Below the pieces are notes generated by a model. It was not told where the DNA came from, ran no database searches, and saw nothing but the letters and a program-made list of their open reading frames with translations. From Candidatus Brocadiaceae bacterium (GTDB lineage: Bacteria > Planctomycetota > Brocadiia > SM23-32): a stretch of DNA of 64,000 bases. The stretch is taken from positions 36,475 through 100,474 of the forward strand of contig JAAYEJ010000045.1 of NCBI GenBank assembly GCA_012728835.1, in the 5' to 3' direction. The translations under genes were made by a program, and so were the position numbers. Within the stretch, counting starts at the first letter, position 1, and every line of letters starts with the position of its first letter. Of the stretch, positions 9,662 to 19,222 are shown in pieces.

Positions 9662-10636
9662 TCAACTCAGGCGGGGATAGACACGCAGAACCGTCGCCGA
9701 CAGCGCCAGCGCGGCGGCCACGGCCGCGGCTGCGGCCACTGCGACCGCGCGGCCCAGGCGCCCCATGGGCACCCTCCGGGGGGCCGGGGTCTCGTGCCGC
9801 TCCAGGGCGTCCACCTGTGCGAACGCCCGCTCGATCGCCCCGGCGTCGGACGCGCGGACGTACAGGCCCCCCGTCCGGCGCGCCACCGCCTCCAGCTCCG
9901 CTTCGTCGAGCGCGTAGGGCTTCATCTCCATGCGCACGCGCCCCGACGGCATGCGCGCCGGGATCGGCACGGGGCCGTCGGACCCGACCCCGAGCGCGTA
10001 GATGCGCACCCCGCGGGCGGCGGCAGCCAGCGCGGCGTCGCCGGGCGTCACCTCGCCGGCCGTGTTGCACCCGTCGGTCAGCAGCACGAGCGCTCCCCCG
10101 CGCGGCATGCGGGCCGCCGCCAGCGCGATCGCCTCGCCCAGCGCCGTGCGCTTGCCCAGCACCTCCGGCCGCAGGTGGCCGAGCAGAGCCCGGGCGATCT
10201 CGCGGTCGAACGTCAGCGGGCACTGCGTGACGGCCCGGTTCCCGAAGGCGATCAGGCCGACGCGATCGCCGCTGCGCCGGGCCAGGAAGGCGTCGGCATG
10301 CCGGCGCAACACCTCCATGCGGTCGGCCGGCCGGCCGTCGAGCTGCAGGTCCAGGCCACGCATGCTCTCGGAGACATCGAGCGCCAGCACGATGTCGCGC
10401 GCCATGCGGCGGTCCTCCGCGCCGGCCGTCCGCCGGCAGGGGCCCGCTGCGGCCACAACCGACAGCACGGCAGCCGCGCCGCAGAGCAGAGCGGGCAGCC
10501 CGAGCAGCCGCACGCGCACGCCGCCCGGTCGCGGCACGGGCGGCAGAGGCGGCCGGTCGCCCGTGCGCCTGCGGGCGAGCAACGCCGCGACGGGCAGCAG
10601 CAGGAGCAGCAGCCGGGGCGTCTCAAACTGCATCAC
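9662..10636 (-). CDS. BatA-like membrane protein with von Willebrand factor A domain
   Basis: N-terminal TM segments and a VWA/MIDAS motif (DVSESM ... GTALGEAI ... LLTDG). Confidence 0.75.
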   Translation of the reverse strand: MMQFETPRLLLLLLPVAALLARRRTGDRPPLPPVPRPGGVRVRLLGLPALLCGAAAVLSVVAAAGPCRRTAGAEDRRMARDIVLALDVSESMRGLDLQLDGRPADRMEVLRRHADAFLARRSGDRVGLIAFGNRAVTQCPLTFDREIARALLGHLRPEVLGKRTALGEAIALAAARMPRGGALVLLTDGCNTAGEVTPGDAALAAAARGVRIYALGVGSDGPVPIPARMPSGRVRMEMKPYALDEAELEAVARRTGGLYVRASDAGAIERAFAQVDALERHETPAPRRVPMGRLGRAVAVAAAAAVAAALALSATVLRVYPRLS

Positions 10637-11183
10637 AGCCCCCCCCGTAGTCCAGTCCGTCGTGCCGCTGCGTCAGCACGGCGGCAACAAACGCCAGGTC
10701 GGCGCGCCGCCGGTCCTCAGGGACGTCGGCTGCCGCGTATTCGGCCGCCTCGACGCGTTGCCAGAAGGCCTCCCACCCCTCCGCCGGGCGGCCGGCCGGC
10801 GCGGGGCGTGCGGCCATCTGCCGGGGCGTGCACGCCGTCGTCCCCAGAGCCGTGCGGACGCTGCGCGCCAGGTGTGCGTAGAACTCGCCGGGGGGCAGTG
10901 CGAGGGATCGTTCGTCGGGCGGACCCGGTGCCGAGGGCGGCGGCCCGCCGGCCCGGCGGCCCAGGCGGCCGCGCCGGATCAGCCAGTAGAACCCGACGGC
11001 GCCGAATCCGGCGGCGATCAGGCCGGCGGGAAGCTGCCGGGAGGGCGCCTCCGGGGATGCGGCGCGGTCCAGAGGGCCGTAGACGTCCCGGATCTCGTCC
11101 GCTGCCTCCGCAACGGCCGCCAGTGCCAGGAGCCCTGCGCACAGAACGGCTGCCGGAACCGCCAGTCGCCCGAGGGCCGTCAT
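10623..11183 (-). CDS. DUF4381-like membrane protein found upstream of batA in Bat clusters
   Basis: Two TM segments. It sits directly upstream of BatA and overlaps it by 14 nt. The start is uncertain (11183-11240). Confidence 0.45.
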   Translation of the reverse strand: MTALGRLAVPAAVLCAGLLALAAVAEAADEIRDVYGPLDRAASPEAPSRQLPAGLIAAGFGAVGFYWLIRRGRLGRRAGGPPPSAPGPPDERSLALPPGEFYAHLARSVRTALGTTACTPRQMAARPAPAGRPAEGWEAFWQRVEAAEYAAADVPEDRRRADLAFVAAVLTQRHDGLDYGGGCDAV

Positions 11184-11320
11184 ACCGCACGCTCCCATTG
11201 CCGTTGCCGGCAGTCTACTGCGTGCGGCGGCGGGCTGCAACCGGGCGGGCCAGGCGTGCGGTCCGTTGCATTCGGTGCGAACGCCTGCTATAAAGGCCGT
11301 ACGTCCGCTCGGGAGCCGCC

Positions 11321-11884
11321 ATGAACTGGAAGAGCCATCTGGTCACGTTCGTGCTGATCTTCGTGGTCGTCGTGCTGTTCGCCCAGACGTGCCGTCCGCG
11401 CACGGGGCCCGGCGCCGGCGCGCCGCCGGACGCGCGCTACGTCACGCTCACGCTCGAGGGCCGGCCGCCCGGCCTCAGCGAGCTGTCGTATGAAGTGCGG
11501 GCCGAACTGGCTGACACGCCGGAGGCGCGGTGGCGGGGTCTGGCGGGCCGCCAGGGGCTGGCGCCCGGGCATGGGATGCTCTACGTCTACCCGGAACTCC
11601 AGAGGCCCCGGTTCAGTGAAGAGGCCACCGGGTTCCCGCTCTCCATCGCCTTTCTGCACGAGGACGGGACGATCGGCGAGATCCACGACACGGCCGCCCA
11701 CGATCCGGCCGTTGTCCAGCCCGCCGAGCCCGTGCGCCACGTGCTGGAGGTGCGGGCGGGGTGGTTCGCGGACCGCGGCGTCGGCCCCGGCGCGCGCTTC
11801 CGGATGCCCGACCTGCAGGCCCCGCCCGCCGCCGAGCCGCCGGCGCCGCCGGAGGGACCGGGCGAACCGACGGCGCCCGAGTAG
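11321..11884 (+). CDS. DUF192 (COG1430) family protein with N-terminal signal anchor and Pro-rich C-terminal tail
   Basis: TM start MNWKSHLVTFVLIFVVVVLF. The DUF192 core is GMLYVYPE...PLSIAFL. Confidence 0.6.
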   Translation: MNWKSHLVTFVLIFVVVVLFAQTCRPRTGPGAGAPPDARYVTLTLEGRPPGLSELSYEVRAELADTPEARWRGLAGRQGLAPGHGMLYVYPELQRPRFSEEATGFPLSIAFLHEDGTIGEIHDTAAHDPAVVQPAEPVRHVLEVRAGWFADRGVGPGARFRMPDLQAPPAAEPPAPPEGPGEPTAPE

Positions 11885-12019
11885 CCGACCGAGGGCTCCC
11901 CGCCCGCCGCGCCCGCTTCGGGGACCACACCGCGCACGGCGTCAAGGCGTTGACTTGGGGGCGGCGTCGGCTTAGTCTGGGGGCAGGATGTTCCACTGGA
12001 GGAAGGGGGGCTTGCCGCA

Positions 12020-12769
12020 ATGAAACGCGTTCTGATGGTCGTCGTCCTGATTGCCGTCTGCGGCGCCCTGGCCTGGCGCTTCGCCCCGGGCTGCCGTCAA
12101 CAGGCCGCTGACCTGTACGGCCGCCACGCGGGCTGGACCGAGGAGGCGCGCCGTGCGGACCCCGTCGGGTTCATCGAGCACGCCGAGCGCAATCTCCATG
12201 GGCACCTGGCGGCCATGCAGCGCACCACGCGCGACCTGGCTGCCGCCCGCGAGCGTCTCAAAGTGGCCGCCGACCATGCGCGCGCGTCGTCCGAGGCGGC
12301 CGGCGAACTGGCCGAGTCGTTCCGGGCCGCCTACCGGAAGGCCGAGGCCGAGGGCGGCTATCCCGCGCGGCTGGAGGGGCGCGACTACAGCCGTGCGGAG
12401 CTGATCGAGCAGGTGCGCCTGATCCTGCAGCAGCGGACCGACAGCGGCGAGGCCGTCGTCCAACTGGATCGCACCGCCGAGGAGGCGGCCCGGCGCGAAC
12501 TGGAACTCGTGGGCCAGATCGCGCGCATCAAGGCGACCCTCGACATGCTGCCCGCCCAGCGCGAGATCGCGCGCGCCCGCGAACTGACCGGCCAGACCGA
12601 GAAGACGTGGGGCGAGGTGAACGCGCTGATGGACCGGAACGAGGAGCTGCTGACGAGTTCGCCCGTGCGGACGGTGGACGAACTCCTGGCCCACCGGGCC
12701 GAGGCCGCGCAACCGGCGGCCGGGGAGGCGGACGCGGACGTGATGGCGTTCCTGGAGGCGGAGCAATGA
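12020..12769 (+). CDS. signal-anchored coiled-coil protein, function unknown (PspA-like composition)
   Basis: GGAGGAAGGGGGG RBS. N-terminal TM then a long Ala/Arg/Glu-rich coiled coil. Upstream TTGACT-N17-TAGTCT promoter-like motif around 11961-11990. Confidence 0.6.
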   Translation: MKRVLMVVVLIAVCGALAWRFAPGCRQQAADLYGRHAGWTEEARRADPVGFIEHAERNLHGHLAAMQRTTRDLAAARERLKVAADHARASSEAAGELAESFRAAYRKAEAEGGYPARLEGRDYSRAELIEQVRLILQQRTDSGEAVVQLDRTAEEAARRELELVGQIARIKATLDMLPAQREIARARELTGQTEKTWGEVNALMDRNEELLTSSPVRTVDELLAHRAEAAQPAAGEADADVMAFLEAEQ

Positions 12770-13578
12770 GCGCGTTCCGCTGGGGCATGGTGGCGGTGGG
12801 CGCCTTCCTGGCCCTGTACGCCGCCGCAACGCTGCTGCGGGCGCGGGGCGAGGCCCACCAGCGTCGCACGACGATGGGCTGCGGCTTCGTGCTGCTGGCC
12901 GGGCTGGTGTGGGGCTACGCGCTGGGCGGATTCCTGGATGACCCGTGGGGTGCCAGGCGGCTCGGCATGGCGTTCGCCCTGGTCCTGCCGGCGCTGGCGG
13001 CGCTGGCCAACCCCGGGCGGCGCGGCATCGTCATGGCGATGGCCATGCTCGTGGTCGCCGTTGCGCTGGGGGCCGACCAGGTGGCGCCCCTGCTGCGGCG
13101 GGTGCACAGGACGCCGTCGGGGCGGGTGGCCGGGAAGGTCTCCGGCACGCTGGAAGAGGCGCGCGCACGGATCGAGAGCACTCGTGCGGTCCTGGCCGAC
13201 CTGGAGGCCGAACGGGCCGATCTGCGCCGCGCGGTGCAGGCGACCGGACACCGCGACTTCGAGTCCCTCGCGGCGGACCCGCAGGCGTATACGCTGCTGA
13301 CGGAACTGGCCGAGGTGGACCGGCTGCTGGAGTCGGCCCGGACGCGGCTGGAGCGGCTGAGCGTTGACGTGCCCCGGCTGGAGTCAGCCCTGAGGCGCCT
13401 GGAGCGGTTCGAGCGCGCGGAGGCCGCGACCGGCGAAGAGGTCGCCCGGGCCGAGATCGAGCAGATCGTGGCGCGGCTCCAGGCGGAGGCCGTGGAGACC
13501 GGCCCGGTGACGGTCGAGGAGCACATGCAGCGCCAGGCGCTTCGCGCGATGTTCGAGGCCGAATTCGAGCCGAGGTGA
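12766..13578 (+). CDS. integral membrane (4 TM) + coiled-coil protein, function unknown
   Basis: ATGA overlap with the upstream gene (translational coupling). Four hydrophobic helices followed by a coiled coil. Confidence 0.55.
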   Translation: MSAFRWGMVAVGAFLALYAAATLLRARGEAHQRRTTMGCGFVLLAGLVWGYALGGFLDDPWGARRLGMAFALVLPALAALANPGRRGIVMAMAMLVVAVALGADQVAPLLRRVHRTPSGRVAGKVSGTLEEARARIESTRAVLADLEAERADLRRAVQATGHRDFESLAADPQAYTLLTELAEVDRLLESARTRLERLSVDVPRLESALRRLERFERAEAATGEEVARAEIEQIVARLQAEAVETGPVTVEEHMQRQALRAMFEAEFEPR

Positions 13579-13620
13579 CAGGCGGCAGGCCCCAGGTGAT
13601 GGGGGATGCACAGGCGGCGC

Positions 13621-14805
13621 TCACAGCCGTGGGATCTCCACCTCCGCTCCCGCCTTCTCGTCGGAGAGATAGGCCGCGTAGATCGTCGCCACGGTGTCGA
13701 TGCCCAGGTCGAGGTCGCATTGCGGGCGGGCGCCGGTCGCGGCGCAGGTCATGAAGTCCTGCAGCTCGGCCTGGTAGCCCATCGTGAAGTTCTCGTCCGG
13801 CGCGGCCTGCACCCAGCCCTCCTGCGTGCTGATCTTCTCCATCAGGTAGACGTCGGCCATCTGCTCGGCCTTCGGGTTGTAGGTGTCCATCAGGCCGGCA
13901 GGGCTCAGGAGGCAGCGGGTGCGGTGGTTGTTGGCGAAGACCTCCACGTAGTCGTACACGCCGCCCAGGCAGAGTTCGCTCGTGACCACGTCGCCCACGG
14001 TGCCGTCGCTGAACGTCACGTGCATGAAGCCGTAGTCCTCGATGTCGTGGTAGTCCGTGCGGATGTGGCCGGCGTCGCGGTATTTGGGCAGGCGCGTGAT
14101 CTGGTGCGTGCGGGCGCAGACGCGTGTGGGCCGGATCGGACGTCCGTCGCGCGCCATGCCCTCGATGCGCTTCAGGTAGAGCAGGCCGCCGAGCGGATGG
14201 CAGCCCTTTCCGATGAGGGAGCCGCCGCCGGCGAAGCGCCAGATGCCGTAGACGGGCGAGGCGGAGCCGTTGTGGGATTCCTCGCCGATCATGCGCAGGA
14301 TCTGCGCGGCGCTCTTCTCGACGATCTCACGCTCCTTCTGGATGCTGGGCGCGTAGATGTAGTTCTCCGCGTAGCCGAAGAAGACGCCCGCCTTGCGCAC
14401 GGCGTCGGCGATGCGCCGCAGACGCCCGACGACGGCGTCGAGCATGGGCGCCTTCGGGGCGAGGTCGCCGCGGTAGTCCTCGCCGGCATCGGGTGGGCCG
14501 AAGAAGCCGGTCAGGGGCTTCTCGCAGATGATGCCCTTGCCAGCCTCGACGGCGGCCAGGATGCCTTCCTCATGGGCGTACGGCGGCGAGCAGAGGTCGA
14601 CGACATCGACGTGGTCGAGCATGGAGTGCAAATCGTCAAAGACGGGGATGCCGTGCGTCTCGCCGAAGGCGCGGCGGCTTTCCTCCCGCAGGGACGTGAC
14701 GCCCGTGACTTCCACGCGCACGCCATGCACGCGCCGAAGACACTCCAGGTGAAAGCGGCCCGCAAACCCGACCCCGACGATCCCCACGCGCAACGTCTTC
14801 ATCAT
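13621..14805 (-). CDS. Gfo/Idh/MocA family NAD(P)-dependent oxidoreductase
   Basis: Rossmann motif VGIVGVGFAGRFH, EKP motif and GGGAG RBS. Confidence 0.85.
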   Translation of the reverse strand: MMKTLRVGIVGVGFAGRFHLECLRRVHGVRVEVTGVTSLREESRRAFGETHGIPVFDDLHSMLDHVDVVDLCSPPYAHEEGILAAVEAGKGIICEKPLTGFFGPPDAGEDYRGDLAPKAPMLDAVVGRLRRIADAVRKAGVFFGYAENYIYAPSIQKEREIVEKSAAQILRMIGEESHNGSASPVYGIWRFAGGGSLIGKGCHPLGGLLYLKRIEGMARDGRPIRPTRVCARTHQITRLPKYRDAGHIRTDYHDIEDYGFMHVTFSDGTVGDVVTSELCLGGVYDYVEVFANNHRTRCLLSPAGLMDTYNPKAEQMADVYLMEKISTQEGWVQAAPDENFTMGYQAELQDFMTCAATGARPQCDLDLGIDTVATIYAAYLSDEKAGAEVEIPRL

Positions 14806-14985
14806 TGTCTCCCGTGTATGTGTACGTGGAACCGTCCCCGCACTTGATCTCATCGTCCATTCGCCGATCGCGAGGATGACGGCGATATCCTCGGCACCCA
14901 CAGACTATGCCCTGCGAGTGGCAGTCCCGGATCATTCACCACTGAAACACTGCGTACAAGGAAGAGGGCCTCCTGAGCGGCTGCA

Positions 14986-15294
14986 ATGGGCTCGAAACCT
15001 CAATCTCGCGTCCCCAGCCGAGGAGGCCTTCGCGTGACAGGCTGTTCGCGGCAGCTGACCTTCAGTTTCTATCAGGATAAGCGCCTGGTCGCCGATTTCA
15101 AGGGCGGCCAGATCTCTTCCGACGCCGGCCTCCTGTCCCCGCGCGCCCTCGATGAGAAGCTGGGTTGGACAGCCCAGGCCGCCGGCGTGATAGATGAACG
15201 CGAAGGCAGATCGGCCACGGGGCTCCGCCTCTGCCTTCTGCTCAACTTCGGAGCTTCGAAGGTTCAGGTGAAGCGTGCCGTCAACCGCCGATGA
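14986..15294 (+). pseudogene. IS1380-family transposase, N-terminal remnant only (about 100 aa of about 450)
   Basis: FKGGQISSDAGLLSPRALDEKLGW matches the conserved IS1380 N-terminal block (FDGGxLTSDGGL...LGL). It is then frameshifted or truncated. No DDE domain follows. Confidence 0.55.
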
Positions 15295-15624
15295 ACGCCG
15301 ATAAACGCAGATAGAGTGGACACGTTGTCCGAGCACGCGCTTGAGCGCCACCGCAGACTGATCCTGCACGCCGCGACGCACCCGCCCTGGATCAGGGAGG
15401 CGCGCTACCCGGCTTGCGAACAGGGCGAGCAAACGGGTCGCGAGCCCGAAGGCCGAGTCCCGAAGGGATGCAGCGGCCCGCCGGCGTGACCGGAAGACCG
15501 AGCACGGTTGCCGGCGCGGAAAGCGCCCGAACGGCTTTGACAATCGCTCCGAACCGCGGTAGGTTGACAGGCTGGCCCGGACTTTCCAGTCCCAGTCTCT
15601 CCCGTACCCGCAGGAGGCCGCACG

Positions 15625-16671
15625 ATGGCCAAGAAGACGGTGAAGGTCGGCGTGATCGGAACGGGCGGAATCGCCACCGTCCAGGCGAAGAGCCTGTCCA
15701 AGCTCGAAGGCGTCGAGATCGTCGCCGGCTGCGACATCGATCCCGAGCACTTGAAGACGTTCTGCGACACCTACGGGGTCGAGAAGCGGTTCGAGGACTA
15801 CAACGACCTGGTCAGACTGCCCGAGTTGGACGCCGTGACCGTCTGCACGCCCAACTACGTGCACAAGGACCCGACGATCGCCGCCCTGAAGGCCGGCAAG
15901 CACACCATGGTCGAGAAGCCGATGGCCATGAACGCCGCCGAGGCGCAGGCGATGATCGACGCGGAGACCGGGAGCGGCAAGACGCTGACGATGGGCTTCC
16001 AGTTCCGGCTGCGGCCGGACGCTCAGGCGCTGAAACGCTTCGCCAACGACGGGCGGTTGGGCAAGGTGCTGTTCGTGCGCTGCCAGGCCCTGCGGCGGCG
16101 CGGCATCCCGAGCTGGGGCGTCTTCGGCCAGAAGCACCTCCAGGGCGGCGGACCGCTGATCGACATCGGCGTGCACATCATCGAATGCGCCCACTTCCTG
16201 ATGGGGGAGCCGAGGCCCGTCGCCGCCAGCGCGCAGACCTACACCTACCTGGGCAACAAGAAGCCCGTCACCGATGCCCCGTGGGGCAACTGGGACTGGG
16301 AGACCTACACCGTCGAGGACCTGGCCGTCGGCATGATCCGGTTCGAGAACGGCGCCGTCATGTCCATCGAGTCCAGCTTCGTCGCGCACATCAAGGAGAA
16401 CGTCTTCACCTGCCAGCTCATGGGCGAGAAGGGCGGCTGCCTCCTGACCCCGACGGAACTCTACACCGATGACGCCGGCGTCATGGTGGACATCGAACCC
16501 TCCTACGTCGGCAAGTGGGACTCGATGGACCGCAAGATCAGCGACTGGATCGGGCGCGTCCGAGGTGAGGTCGAGACCCAGTGCCCGAGCAACGCGGGCC
16601 TGATGGTGCAGAAGATCCTGGACGGCCTCTACGCCAGCGCCGAGGCCGGCCGCGAGGTCGCGATCGACTGA
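15625..16671 (+). CDS. Gfo/Idh/MocA family oxidoreductase (paralog of 13621..14805)
   Basis: VGVIGTGGIA Rossmann motif, EKP motif and GCAGGAGG RBS. TTGACA-containing promoter-like motifs around 15545-15585. Confidence 0.85.
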   Translation: MAKKTVKVGVIGTGGIATVQAKSLSKLEGVEIVAGCDIDPEHLKTFCDTYGVEKRFEDYNDLVRLPELDAVTVCTPNYVHKDPTIAALKAGKHTMVEKPMAMNAAEAQAMIDAETGSGKTLTMGFQFRLRPDAQALKRFANDGRLGKVLFVRCQALRRRGIPSWGVFGQKHLQGGGPLIDIGVHIIECAHFLMGEPRPVAASAQTYTYLGNKKPVTDAPWGNWDWETYTVEDLAVGMIRFENGAVMSIESSFVAHIKENVFTCQLMGEKGGCLLTPTELYTDDAGVMVDIEPSYVGKWDSMDRKISDWIGRVRGEVETQCPSNAGLMVQKILDGLYASAEAGREVAID

Positions 16672-16762
16672 GCGCGGGAGACCGTTCCGGGGCCTCGCCC
16701 CCGGCTGTGTCGTGCCCGGCCCCGCCCAGGCGGGGCCGGCTTCGCTCAGGGAGGGATGTGGC

Positions 16763-18187
16763 ATGCCCGCCATGCCCAACGTTCTGTTCGTCACCACGGA
16801 CCACCTGCGGGCCGACCTGCTGGGCTGTGCCGGCGATCCCGTCATGCAAACGCCGGAGATCGACGCCCTGGCGCAGCATTCCGTCCGCCTGACCGACCAC
16901 TTCGCGCAGAACCCCGTCTGCCACCCGTCGCGCGCCTCCATGATGACCGGCCGCTACCCGTGCCACCACGGCGTCCGCTGGAACTTCAACGACCTGAGCG
17001 AGAACGAGATCACGCTGCTGGAGCACTTCAAGCGGAACGGCTACACGACGGCCACCATCGGCAAGTACCACCTGGACCAGCGGCGCTTCCGCGCGGCGAT
17101 CGACCACCACGAGGCGGCGTCGATCCGCAACATGAACCCGGACAACCCGTTCGTCCAGTACGTGAGGTCGCGGGGCCACGAGTACAGGACCGGATTCGAC
17201 CTGCCCCGGTTCCGCGAGCGGCTCGGCGCGGTGCCGCAGCCGGACCAGCCGGAGGACTGCCACCTCGACGCCTACGTGGGCAGGAAGACGTGCGAGTACC
17301 TGAAGCGCCTGGACGGCGGGCAGCCGTTCTTCCTCTGGCTGGGCTTCTACGGGCCGCACCACCCCTACGTGCCCTCGGGCCGGTTCGCGACGATGTATGA
17401 TCCCGACGAGGTGCCGCCCTTCCACCGGTCGGAGGACGACCTCCGCAAGAAGCCCGTCGAGTACCGCCTCTACCGGCAGGCGGAGGCGCACAAGTACTTC
17501 GGCTTCGCCGAGGCGTCCGAACGGACGTTCCGCGAGATGAAGGCCGCCTACTACGGCATGGTCTCGCAGATCGACTGGCAGCTCGGCCTCGTGCTCGAGA
17601 CGCTGCGGGAACAGGGTCTGGCGGACGATACCGTCGTGGTCTTCACCAGCGACCACGGAGAGTGCTGCGGCGACCACGGCATGCCGGCGAAGGCGCCGTT
17701 CCTGCTCGACTGCATGCTGCACGTGCCGTGCATCATCCACGCGCCGGGCGGCCGGCAGGGCCGGGAGTGCAGCGAACTGACGGAGTCTGTGGACCTGTAC
17801 CCGACGATCTGCCGCCTGGCCGGCCTCGACGTGCCGGAGTGCGTGCAGGGGCGGGACCTGAGCGCGCTGGTCACCGGCGATGCATCGAACTACCGGCCGC
17901 GCGAGGCCGTCTACGCGGAAGCCGTGGACAAGCGCTGCCTCCGCACGCGCGAATGGAAGCTCATCCACTACCCGAACAAGCCGTACGGGGAACTCTACCA
18001 CCTGGCCGAGGACCCGCACGAGCTGAACAATCTCTACCACGAACGCCCCGACGTGCGCGAGCCGATGACGGTGCAGTACTACCGACACCTGGACGCCATC
18101 GAGGACTTCAGGCACCCGAGCTACGCCCGCTTCACCGGCACCGATCCTGACGCAGGCGATGAAGTGACGCACTACCTGACGTGGTAG
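16763..18187 (+). CDS. formylglycine-dependent sulfatase (arylsulfatase family)
   Basis: C-x-P-x-R sulfatase signature (CHPSRASMMTGRYP). GGAGGG RBS. Confidence 0.85.
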   Translation: MPAMPNVLFVTTDHLRADLLGCAGDPVMQTPEIDALAQHSVRLTDHFAQNPVCHPSRASMMTGRYPCHHGVRWNFNDLSENEITLLEHFKRNGYTTATIGKYHLDQRRFRAAIDHHEAASIRNMNPDNPFVQYVRSRGHEYRTGFDLPRFRERLGAVPQPDQPEDCHLDAYVGRKTCEYLKRLDGGQPFFLWLGFYGPHHPYVPSGRFATMYDPDEVPPFHRSEDDLRKKPVEYRLYRQAEAHKYFGFAEASERTFREMKAAYYGMVSQIDWQLGLVLETLREQGLADDTVVVFTSDHGECCGDHGMPAKAPFLLDCMLHVPCIIHAPGGRQGRECSELTESVDLYPTICRLAGLDVPECVQGRDLSALVTGDASNYRPREAVYAEAVDKRCLRTREWKLIHYPNKPYGELYHLAEDPHELNNLYHERPDVREPMTVQYYRHLDAIEDFRHPSYARFTGTDPDAGDEVTHYLTW

Positions 18188-18314
18188 AACGGGCCGTCAG
18201 CCCACGTTCCCGGGCCCCTTCATCGCCGTGCTCTTCCAGGCCGGCCCCTGGAACGTCCGGACGCGCTGGATCACCCGAGCGGCGCGGACGCCGGGCACTG
18301 GGGAGGCGCCGGCG

Positions 18315-19193
18315 TCAGGCGTGGCGCGGAGCGCCGGCGCCGTCCAGCAGGAGCGTCTCGCCCACCGTGCAGCCGATGTCGCGGGCGATGACGGGGCACT
18401 TGGCCTTCAGCAGGAAGCAGACGGGCGCGGCCGCGTCGCTCAGCGTTTCGTAGTTCGCCTGTCCCTTGGCGATGACCAGGTCGGCCGTCGCAAACAGCGC
18501 GCGGAACTCCTCCGAGCAGTCCTCCAGCACGGTACCGGGGATGGCGCTGCCCGTGCTCACCACACGCAGCCCTTCCGGCAGGCCGGCCTGCGCGGCATCC
18601 TCCAGCGTCGCATCGTTGATGATGGGCCCGCCCTTGACGGCGAGCGTGACGTCCGCGCACGGGAGAAAGGGTATGAACAGGCCGTCGAAGACGATCTCCC
18701 CGGCGTTGTCGGCCAGGTAGAGGACGCGCCGGGCCGACTCGACCCGCCGACGGAACTTCGGCACGGGCAGGCCGCGGACAGGGGCGGCGAGCGTCTGCTC
18801 GATGGTGCGTTCGACCAATTGTTCATCGGGTTTCAGGTGGCGGCGCGCCCCCCAGTCCATGATGTTGCCGGCGATGGCGATGCGCAGGGCCGTCTCGAAG
18901 GGGTCGTCCGAGTTGCGTACGAGCAGGCGCATCCGCGGCACGAGCGCGTGCGCGTGAGCATTCGCGTCGTCCTTCACCTGCCGGTAGGGATCGGCGCAGC
19001 CGGTCTGCTCTCGGATCAGCCGGTGGATGCGGGCCGCCATCGGCGGCGGCGGTTCGTCGTCCGGGAAGTCGCCCAGGAACTGAAGCGCCCGGCGCATGAT
19101 GCGCATGCGCAGTCCATGGTCGTCGGTCACCATCGAGACGGCGTCGAGCGTCTGCTGCACGAAGCAGGGAAGGCATTCCAGGTAGGTCTTCAC
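18315..19193 (-). CDS. DUF89 / ARMT1-like (damage-control phosphatase family) protein
   Basis: Family-typical N-terminus YLECLPCFVQQ. GTG start with GGGAGA RBS. The upstream 200 codons of the track ORF are Arg-rich shadow. Confidence 0.65.
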   Translation of the reverse strand: MKTYLECLPCFVQQTLDAVSMVTDDHGLRMRIMRRALQFLGDFPDDEPPPPMAARIHRLIREQTGCADPYRQVKDDANAHAHALVPRMRLLVRNSDDPFETALRIAIAGNIMDWGARRHLKPDEQLVERTIEQTLAAPVRGLPVPKFRRRVESARRVLYLADNAGEIVFDGLFIPFLPCADVTLAVKGGPIINDATLEDAAQAGLPEGLRVVSTGSAIPGTVLEDCSEEFRALFATADLVIAKGQANYETLSDAAAPVCFLLKAKCPVIARDIGCTVGETLLLDGAGAPRHA

Positions 19194-19222
19194 GGGGGGT
19201 CTCCCTGGAGGAACTCGGCGGA

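Noticed and set aside
9644-11324. 549-aa and 440-aa + strand ORFs across batA/DUF4381
   Set aside because: Arg/Pro/Gly-rich shadow translations opposite genes with clear TM/VWA features.
14932-16941. 669-aa minus-strand ORF
   Set aside because: Antisense to the well-supported Gfo/Idh/MocA gene (15625..16671) and the IS1380 stub. Arg/Gly/Ala-rich shadow.
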